Shown here in pieces: positions 55,350 through 64,000 of a stretch of 64,000 nt of DNA (its first letter is position 1; each line of letters starts with the position of its first letter). The DNA comes from Octopus sinensis (Eukaryota). The stretch spans positions 23,249,360-23,313,359 of the forward strand of contig NC_043019.1 of the NCBI RefSeq assembly GCF_006345805.1, written 5' to 3'. A model generated the notes under the pieces. The model was not told the origin of the DNA and searched no databases. It was given only the letters and a program-made list of their open reading frames with translations. Made by a program: the position numbers and the translations under genes.

Positions 55350-55730
55350 AGGAGGCACAATGGCCCAGTGGTTAGGGCAGCGGACTCGCAGTCGGAGGAT
55401 CGCAGTTTCGATTCCCAGATCGGGCATTGTGTGTGTTTATTGAGCAAAAACACCTAAAGCTCCACGAGGCTCTGGCAGGGGGTGGTGGCGACCCCTGTTG
55501 TACTCTTTCGCCCCAACTTTCTCTCACTCTTTCTGCCTGTTTCTTGTCCCCAACTTCCTACGCAACCGCTGAGCCTGGATGCGCATTCATCCATCCGTCG
55601 ATGCTCTCGGTGTCGGGGGTTGACCTGCTTTCTCCTCTGTGGGTCTTACAAATAGCAAAGGACCACGTTTTGGACCACTCGGACTGGACCACTCAACAGC
55701 AACAGCAACAATTTTGGTTTCACTTGGCTT
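55350..55730 (+). mobile_element. tRNA-headed SINE family D (GGAGGCGCAATGGCCCAGTGGTTAGGGCAGCGGACTCG)
   Basis: A box TGGCCCAGTGG and B-box-like TTCGATTCC. Related copies at 1944-2093, 18868-19418 (tandem, minus), 40845-41125 and 52130-52355. Confidence 0.8.
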
Positions 55731-55760
55731 GATGAGTCTTCTACTCAAGCACAACATATC

Positions 55761-56178
55761 TATTTCTTTACTACCCACAAGGGGCTAAACACAGAGAGGA
55801 CAAACAAGGACAGATACACGGATTAAGTCGATTATATCGACCCCAGTGCGTAACTGGTACTTATTTAATCGACCCCGAAAGGATGAAAGGCAAAGTCGAC
55901 CTCGGCAGAATTTGAACTCAGAACGTAGCGGCAGACGAAATACCTATTTCTTTATTACCCACAAGGGGCTAAACACAGAGGCAACAAACAAGGACAGATA
56001 CGCGGATTAAGTCGATTATATCGACCCCAGTGCGTAACTGGTACTTATTTAATCGACCCTGAAAGGATGAAAGGCAAAGTCGACCTCGGTGGAATTTGAA
56101 CTCAGAACGTAGCGGCAGACGAAATACCGCTAAGCATTTCACCTGCCATGCTAACGTTTCTGCCAGCTCACCGCCTTA
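55761..56178 (-). mobile_element. Dimeric SINE family B insertion with an 18-bp target-site duplication
   Basis: TSD actcaagcacaacatatc at 55743-55760 and 56179-56196 around a full copy plus a repeated 3' portion. Confidence 0.85.
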
Positions 56179-56746
56179 ACTCAAGCACAACATATCACTG
56201 AAGGTCTCAGTCAGTTGTCATCACCTCCATGAGACCCAACATGCATTGACCATGCTTCACCTCCACCTTAACACAACACTAATTTTCACCATGAAAAATT
56301 CTCATCTTAGTAAGGAAGAAGTTGACAGTATTTTGTCAAGTTTGATGGTAATTTATTGATAGTCTAGTAACTCAGCAGAAGTCACAGATCTCATGAGAAA
56401 ATTTACATTATTCTGTATTAAATCTGAGTTTCCTTCTATGCTTGGAGGATTGTATGTGATGATACTGTTTTTTCTTTTTTATAAATTCAACAAGGTTGAA
56501 TTAGAAAGAAGCAAAAAAATATAATATTTTTAAAATTTGAGTTGGGGTAGCTTTCTAATTATAAAACAGCTTATTTTTTAGATATTTCTTTAAATCTTGA
56601 TAGTAGTTTATATAAACTTTATCATAAAAGCAATGAAAAATATTCAGTATATTAACTGTAGATCAAGTCATCCGTATGAAATAATTAAGCCAATCATCAA
56701 AAAGAAATAATCATTTAAAACAATGCAGAAATTAAGCTATGTCCTC

Positions 56747-56783
<37 letters not shown>

Positions 56784-56915
56784 GTGTGTGTGTGTGTGTG
56801 TGTGTGTGCGTGCGTGTGTGTGTGTGTGTCTGTCTGTCTGTCTGTGTGTGTGTGTGTGTGTGCGTGTGTGTGTGTGTCTGTCTGTGTGTGTGTGTGTCTG
56901 TGTGTGTGTGTGTGT

Positions 56916-56951
<36 letters not shown>

Positions 56952-57549
56952 AGTGTCTCTGCGTGTGTGTCTGTGTGTATGTGTGTGTCTGTGTGTGTGT
57001 GTGTGTGTGTGTGCGTGCACGCGCGTGCATGTGTCCTCCTCCACCACTTGGCAACCAGCGTCAGTTTGTTTACATCCCTGTAACTTAGTGGTTCAGCAAA
57101 AGAGTCCGATAGAATTCGTACCAGGCTTAGCAAACAAATGATATGTACCGGGGGTTGAATTCATTTGACTAAAAATTCTTCAGGGAGGGACCCATGCATT
57201 TGTGACGGTCTAAATGACTCAAACTAGTAAAAGATTTAAAAAATAAAGACATTACTCAGACAGTGAGGAGCCACCATCACCCTATCCACTCACGAAATCT
57301 GAGAAATATGCCCCAATTCAATGTGTTGAACAGTGTCTCTTCTTTATTTGTCCACTCACCCATGTCTTTTTCATGAAATCAGTAACTCTTTGTATCTGCA
57401 ACTAAATCAATTAACATGTCCTTCTTTGTTGGTTTTTTTATCATATGTTAGTCATGATCCAGACAGTCCTATGATCAAAAATATTTCAGCCATGACCATC
57501 CTGCCTTTTATTCAGATATAGTGTTTCTTTTTTCAGATATAGTATATCT

Positions 57550-57782
57550 AAGGTGGTGAGCCGGCAGAATCGTTAGCACGTCGGGCGAAATGCTTAGCGG
57601 TATTTCGTCTGCCGTTACGTTCTGAGTTCAAATTCCGTCGAGGTCGACTTTGCCTTTCATCCTTTCAGGGTCGATAAATTAAGTACCAGTTACGCACTGG
57701 GGTCGATATAATCGACTTAATCCGTTTGTCTGTCCTTGTTTGTCCTCTCTGTGTTTAGCCCCTTGTGGGTAGTAAAGAAATA
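57550..57782 (+). mobile_element. SINE family B (AAGGCGGTGAGCTGGCAG head; GCCTTTCATCCTTTCGGGGTCGATAAA core resembling the Nin/Deu domain)
   Basis: TSD agatatagtatatcta. Other copies at ~235-430, 2116-2332, 6060-6236, 13750-14070, 19419-19643, 33573-33750, 37545-37744, 44670-44905 and 61293-61752. Confidence 0.85.
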
Positions 57783-57889
57783 GATATAGTATATCTAGTG
57801 TTTCATGTGTCCTTCCTTGGTGTTGTTGTTTAGCCCCAGGATAGTCTTGATCCAGCAGACCTATGGTCAAAGATATTTCAGCTGTGACT

Positions 57890-58565
57890 GTCCTGCCTTT
57901 TATTCAGTCATAGTATATCTAGGACTACATTGTTGTTTAGCCTTTTGTCAGTCCCAATCCAACAGTGCTATGACCAGAGATGTTCCAAGTATGACCACCC
58001 TGGCTTTTATTCAGCCACAGTGTATCTAGGACTACATTATCTAATGTGTCCTGCCTTGTTGTTTAGCCTTTTGTTAGTCCCAATCCAACAGTGCTATGAC
58101 CAGAGATGTTCCAAGTGTGACCACCCTGGCTTTTACTCAGACACAGCGTATCTAGGAGTACATTATCTAATGTGCTCTGCCTTGTTGTTTAGCCTTTTGT
58201 CAGTCCCAATCCAACAGTACTATGACCAGAGATGTTCCAAGTGTGACCACCCTGGCTTTTATTCAGCCACAGTGTATCTAGGACTACATTATCTAATGTG
58301 TCCTGCCTTGTTGTTTAGCCTTTTGTCAGTCCCAGTCCAACAGTGCTATGACCAGAGATGTTCCAAGTGTGACCACTCTGGCTTTTACTCAGACACAACG
58401 TATCTAGGAGTACATTATCTAATGTGTCCTGCCTTGTTATTGTTCAGCCCCACAAGAGGACAGTCCTGATCCAGACAGACCTATGGTCAAAGATGTTCCA
58501 GCTGTGACCATTCTGTTTTTTATTCAGACATAGTGTATCTAGGACTACATTATTTAGTGTGTCCT
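57890..58565. repeat. 126-bp tandem repeat, ~5 units, with alternating A/B variants
   Basis: aacagt(g/a)ctatgaccagagatgttccaag recurs at 57961, 58087, 58213 and 58339. Confidence 0.92.
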
Positions 58566-59001
58566 TTGTCCCAATTGTTATTGCTTAGCCCCCACATCAC
58601 TCTTGATCCTGAAGATCTATGACCAAAATCATTAATTTCTGGTGTGGGAGACCAAGATAAGCCTCCCTCAGTATGTCTATGGTTGATGGAGAGACACCCC
58701 AGCATCTTCCATTCAGTGCTGATGGTCACACTGTGTCAACAATTTCTGAGATTTTATAGATTAAATACTATATTTGATGGCTTATATCATGCACTTATTT
58801 CCAAAAATATCTCAAAATGTTTTATTATTCTTTTATCTTTTATTGTGTACTCATTTGTCCTATATACAAAATGTCTCTTTGTCCTATATACAAAATGTAC
58901 CCCAAAACCACATAAGATAATCTGGTCCTTGATGCTCACTACTATAGGCTAATTTTGATCCAGGCAGTCTCTTACACTTTGCCTGATTCCATAGGATTTC
59001 T

Positions 59002-59231
59002 TTAACCCTTTCATTACTGCATTTATTTTGAGATGTTTTGTGTTTCTTTCAATTAATTTTAAATATAACAAAGAATTTAGTAAAATAACTTAGTTATCAT
59101 TCAGCTAGTGTTAAGAACATAAATTGTGACTAAGGTTTGGTAGAAGATTTTCATTCAAAACTTATGAAAACAAGACATTTTTACTACAGAGCCAGAGCTG
59201 GTTTCAGCCAGGTTGGTAACGAAAGGGTTAA
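59002..59231 (+). mobile_element. piggyBac-type MITE, copy 1
   Basis: TTAA|CCCTTTCATTAC ... GTAACGAAAGGG|TTAA. Confidence 0.85.
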
Positions 59232-59466
59232 ACCAGCCATATCTGGCCAAAATATTCTGTTTGTTTTATGTTAGAACTGGCCAGACACAGTCTCTGCCAT
59301 CTACCCAACTAAAAGTAAACAATCTCATAATAGAAATCCAAAATGCATGATTAATTCAAAATAATGTGAATAAATAAGCATTAAATTTGACAAACTAATC
59401 TGAATGCTAAAGGTTTGATCCTTTTATTGTAGAAATCAGGTATATCCCTTCCAAATTTCATTACTT

Positions 59467-59685
59467 TTAACCCTTTCATTACCAAACTGGCTGAAACCAC
59501 CTCTGACTCTGTAGTACAAATGTCTTGTTTTCAAAAATTCTGAATTAAAATCTGCCACCAAACCTTAGTCACAATTTATGTTCCTAACACTAGCTGAATG
59601 TATTTTACTAAATTCATTGTTATATTTAAGGTAATTGAAAGAACTACAGAGCACCTCAAAATAAATACAGTAACGAAAGGGTTAA
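59467..59685 (-). mobile_element. piggyBac-type MITE, copy 2 in opposite orientation
   Basis: Same TTAA TSD and CCCTTT TIRs; the body is the reverse complement of copy 1. Older fragments at ~37200-37340 and 38540-39020. Confidence 0.85.
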
Positions 59686-59876
59686 CAGTGTAAAGCAGTT
59701 TTATATCCAAATCTACCCTTTGGTGAGGAATGTCATGTTCAAAACTATTTTTCTGATGAGATATGTCAAGTTTATTGACGTAACTTGCAGAAAATGCCAA
59801 TTCTGTTTTCAGCAGATATCTAATAACATTACTGGAATAGCCATGAATCACAGTTAAGGGTTAAATCAATCCCCTA

Positions 59877-60430
59877 GTACTTAACTGCTACTTATACAAA
59901 CCAATGAGGGAGCCTCTAGTTATAGTAGTCTTCTATTATAATTCCATTTATATCTAGAATGTTTTATATAAATATTAAAGCAACCTCAGTACTTAACTAT
60001 TACTTATATAAACCAATGAGGAGGCCTCTAGGTAGTCTTAGTTTTCTGTTATGATCCCAATCCCATCTTGGATGCTCTATAGGAATATTAAATCAACCGA
60101 GGTACTTAACTGCTACTTATATAAACCAATGAGGGGGCCTCTAGGTAGTCTTAGTTTTCTGTTATGATCCTAACCCCATCTTGGATGCTCTATAGAAATA
60201 TTAAATCAACTGAGGTACTTAACTGCTACTTATATAAACCAATGAGGGGGCCTCTAGGTAGTCTTAGTTTTCTGTTATGATCCCAATCCCATCTTGGATG
60301 CTCTATAGAAATATTAAATCAACTGAGGTACTTAACTGCTACTTATATAAACCAATGAGGGAGCCTTCTAGGTAGTCTTAGCTTTCTCTTATAATTCCAC
60401 TCACATCTTGGATGCTTTATAGAAATAATA
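59877..60430. repeat. 112-113-bp tandem repeat, 5 units
   Basis: gtacttaact recurs at 59877, 59989, 60102, 60215 and 60328. Confidence 0.92.
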
Positions 60431-60811
60431 AAACTTTCACACTGGAAATTAGATATATCCGCTGAAAATTTGATTACCCTTAATTGCAGAAGCCAGTTTT
60501 ATATATCAATGTATCTTTTATTGAGGAATGTCACGTTTGAAACTATTTTCTGTTGAAATATGTCAAGTTTATTGAGGCAATGTGACTTGCAGAAAATACC
60601 AATTCCATATTTTTTGGTAGATATTTAACATCATTACTGAAATAACCTTGAACTTTAATTTCACAGGGAATGGGTTAAACATTAACACTTCTGTTACTGT
60701 TAACATACACCTTATTTACAGTAATATGAGGCCTAACTTCACATATAGGAACCAGGGTGGCTTTTGGAGGCATTTTTTTTGGGGGGGGGGGGATAGAAAA
60801 GTGTCTCTTAT

Positions 60812-61035
60812 ATGAGGGGGATGCTGAAAAGTTCCTAGCTTTGGATTAAAAAAAGACTACAAGAGGATCAGTTAATTATGATTTTATTCAACATATTCCC
60901 TTCTCGGATTTACACATTCATTGCAGCGGTCCTTCAGTTTTTCTAAACCCTGTAAAAGAACTTGGAAGGTTGGGCCTTCAACCAGGCCTTTTGTGACATC
61001 TTTAAAGCTAGGAACCTTTCAGCACCCCCTCGTGT
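60812..61035. mobile_element. Mariner-type MITE nested within a larger degenerate inverted repeat (60726-61190)
   Basis: TIRs gagggggatgctgaaaagttcctagcttt / aaagctaggaacctttcagcaccccctc with TA-rich flanks. Confidence 0.7.
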
Positions 61036-61039
61036 ATGA

Positions 61040-61075
<36 letters not shown>

Positions 61076-62047
61076 GATTCTTTTTATTACATATACTGTA
61101 CTTAATTGCATATAAGAGGCACTTTTTTACCCCTACAAAAATGTCGCCAAGGGTCACTCCACATCCTATATGCAAATTTGGACCTCCCATAAGCTAATTT
61201 TGTTCAACAATCACTACTACAAATTAATTTTAATCTAGATAGTCTCTTCTACCTACCCAGCCTCAAACATTATTATTATTATTATTATCATCAGGGTGGT
61301 AAGCTGGCAGAACCATTAGCACACCAGGCAAAATGCTTAGCAGTATTTCATCCATCTGTACATTTTGAGTTCAAATTCCACCAAAGTCAACTTTACCTTT
61401 CATCCAGTTAGGGTCAATAAAATAGGTACCAGTTGAACACGGGGGTCAATGTAATCAACTAACCCCCTCCCACGAAATTTGAGGCCTTGTGTCTATAATA
61501 GACATTATTATTACTATCATCCTTACTTGCACTATTAAGGGTAACAAACTGGCAGAACTGTTAACTTGCCAGGTCAGATGCTTGGTACCATTTCATCCAT
61601 CTTTATGTTTTGAGTTCAAATTCCACCGAGGTCAACTTTGCCTTCTATCCTTTCGGGGTTGATAAAATAAGGACCAGTTGAGCACTGGGGTTGATGTAAT
61701 CAACTTACCCCGTCCCCTGAAATTGCTGACATTGTGCCAAAATTTGAAACCATTGTAATTGGTTGCTATAAAAGGAATTTTCTAAACATATTTTTTGTTA
61801 CATGTTTTATTATTCTTTTATTTTTTATTGTTTACTCTTTTCAGCCATTAGACTACAGCCATGCTGGGGCACTGCCTTTTGGGGTTTTAGTCAAGCCAAT
61901 CGATCCCCTGCACTTATCTTCTGTTTAAGTCTGATATTTATTCTATTGGTCTCTTTTGCCAAACTGCTAAGTTACAGAAATGTAAACACACCAACACCAA
62001 CTGTCAAGCGGCAGTGGGGAACAAACACAAATGCACACACACACACA

Positions 62048-63060
62048 CAGAGTCTTGCAGATAAACTGAGACCAATGTTAAGCAGTTGACTTACTGGGTT
62101 TAACATATCATTTTTTGACAAAACTTTGCTTGCTTGAAAATCTAATCCTTCTTTTTTATTTTTCAGGACAACAGAGTGTCATTAAACAACAGGATCATTC
62201 CACCATTGTTGTTTTGGCACATGCTGGGCATACTGCCAATTAAATTGGTAAGTTGATGAAACTTCCAAAAGCAACAGTTTACCGTACATATAAAGAATTT
62301 AAAGAAGAGGGGAAGATTGATAGAAAAGAACACAAGACTCTGAGTGATTCCAAGTGCAATCCAAAGTTTCTTGCTGGCCTCAAATGCTCAGCTGAAGCCA
62401 ACCTATCCACATCCATGACAACTCTTGCAAAGAAACACAATGTGTCTCTTTCCACAGTGTCCAAAGCTGTGAACAAGAACCTTGGCATAACTAGCTATGT
62501 TTAACAATGCTGTCACCTCCTAACGGCCATGACCAAAGCAGTCAGAGCTGGGGGATGCCCAAAGCTACTGTCATTCATCAAACATCAAGGTGCAGGTAAA
62601 ACTCCCATGTTTGTGAACGAGAAGTTCACTGTGGATGCTAAGGTGAATCGCAGAAATTCTCGAGTGATTGCATACAACCCCTGTGTTTGAGACTAAGAAT
62701 CTTGCCCCTGTGATGGTATTTGGAGCCATGGTGAGTTATGGAAGTGTCATCAATCCACACTTCATTGACCTTCGCTTGAAGATCGGCACAAAGGAGTATC
62801 TAGACATCCTGAAGAACTCTGTTACCTTGGATGGAGCAGAAGTTTGGGCTTGACAATGTGGTGCTTGTCCAGGATTCTGCACCATGTCATGGGTCAAAAG
62901 CAACACAGACCTTCCTTGGTGAGAAGGTGCCATTTTTTGTGAGGGCTAACATCTGGCCCAGTAATAGCCCAAATCTCAACCTTCTCGATTACTTTTTATG
63001 GGGCTTACTTCAAGAAAGGACCAATGCTTCACCACACTTGAGTGTCAACAGTAAAAAACA
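62048..63060 (+). mobile_element. Decayed Tc1/mariner-superfamily (maT/DD37D-like) transposase
   Basis: Fragments with an HTH region, VMVFGA, VQDSAPCH and WPSNSPNLNLLDYFLWG. Stops and frameshifts. Confidence 0.8.
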
Positions 63061-63195
63061 ATTTGGTTATGGTTAGATGCCCTCCTTGATTCCAGTCAAC
63101 ATAATATTTCCCCACAGCTGTATGCATTACTAGAGAATGGAAATAAATGATACACTCATTTTACAATCATTCTATTTTGGCTGGAATTATTCCAC

Positions 63196-63470
63196 AGAGG
63201 GGGAAGGGGAGGTAGAAATCTTCAACCTTCCAGAGAGGGGGATTTGAGAGAGGGAAGGGGAGGAAGGGGAGGTAGAAATCTTCAACATTAGAGAAGGGGA
63301 AGGGGAGGTAGAAATCTTCAACCTTTCAGAGAGGGGGAAGGGGAGGTAGAAATCTTCAACATTAGAGTGGGGGAAGGGGAGGTAGAAATCTTCAACATTC
63401 CAGAGAGGGGGGAAGGGGAGGAAGGGGTGGTAGTAATCTTCAACATTCCAGAGAGGATGATTCGAGAGGG
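63196..63470. repeat. Purine-rich minisatellite (GGGGAAGGGGAGGTAGAAATCTTCAAC, ~6 units)
   Basis: Direct inspection; variable spacers; lies ~200 bp downstream of the DDX54-like terminal exon. Confidence 0.9.
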
Positions 63471-63673
63471 ACATCTTGTAGCTCTTGAATTTTGAAGAAG
63501 CACAAATGTAAACACACACACACACACACATATATATATGGCCACAGTCAAATGACTGAAACAAGTAAAAGAGAGATGATGATGATGATGACTAAGCCTT
63601 CAGTATTAATTCATAATTTAAAAAAAAATTCAACTCAACATTTTATTTATTTCTTTTATTAAATTTTTTACTA

Positions 63674-63867
63674 TTATTTTGAATTTTTTTTGTTTTTCTT
63701 CTTGCGTTTCAAATTCTCTCCTTGCCGGTACTTCTGGTACGACCGTTTCTGTGCCTTTACTCGGCGACTCTTCAGGATCTGCTGAGCATTCTTCCGCTCT
63801 TTATTTTTGAATCTCCGTTTCTTATTGCCTAAAGCATTTGGAGCGTCTTCATCAGGTTTGCCCATTC
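63674..63867 (-). CDS. DDX54: Terminal coding exon of a gene extending beyond the window; Lys/Arg-rich C-terminus resembling DEAD-box helicase DDX54/Dbp10
   Basis: Strong acceptor ctttctcattctttcactttttctccatcatAG. TAA stop followed by AATAAA at 63660-63655 and 63647-63642. ERKNAQQILKSRRVKAQKRSYQ resembles the recalled DDX54 C-terminal ELKTKQQILKQRRRAQK segment (recognition only). Confidence 0.6.
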
Positions 63868-64000
63868 CTATGATGGAGAAAAAGTGAAAGAATGAGAAAG
63901 AAAGTGATCAAATTGGACTTATCTCCCTTAGTTATTATACACAAAATGTGGATCTTTTCGGTTTGAACGGCAGTTTTTAACATAATTTCTAGGTAGCTAA

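Noticed and set aside
59877-60430. Regular ~113-bp and 126-bp arrays considered as CRISPR or further retrozymes
   Set aside because: Whole units repeat without unique spacers, the context is eukaryotic, and I found no hammerhead core on either strand.

Overview
AT-rich, microsatellite- and SINE-dense animal DNA. The SINE families and repeat landscape look like an octopus (coleoid cephalopod) genome; this is inferred from recognition, not a search. Nearly all listed ORFs are microsatellite or SINE artefacts. Two host coding items are supported. The first is a complete three-exon minus-strand gene (49010-48956, 39919-39823, 38136-38025) that the ORF track misses. It encodes an 87-aa secreted, cationic peptide with 8 Cys and an Arg/Tyr/Trp/Asn-rich tail, and its promoter plus exon 1 are tandemly duplicated. 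The second is a terminal exon at the right end resembling the DDX54/Dbp10 C-terminus. Decayed CR1-like, R4/Dong-like, Helitron, Tc1/mariner and piggyBac-MITE elements and a tRNA-Asn pseudogene are present. The most striking non-coding signal is a set of type I hammerhead ribozyme (HHR) motifs. These include a ~360-bp tandem array with one HHR per unit (24137-25070, retrozyme-like, predicted to give ~360-nt circular RNA), a perfect 108-bp foldback derived from that unit, and several other HHR-like families, most sitting in (TA)n and several forming asymmetric foldbacks typical of Penelope-like elements.
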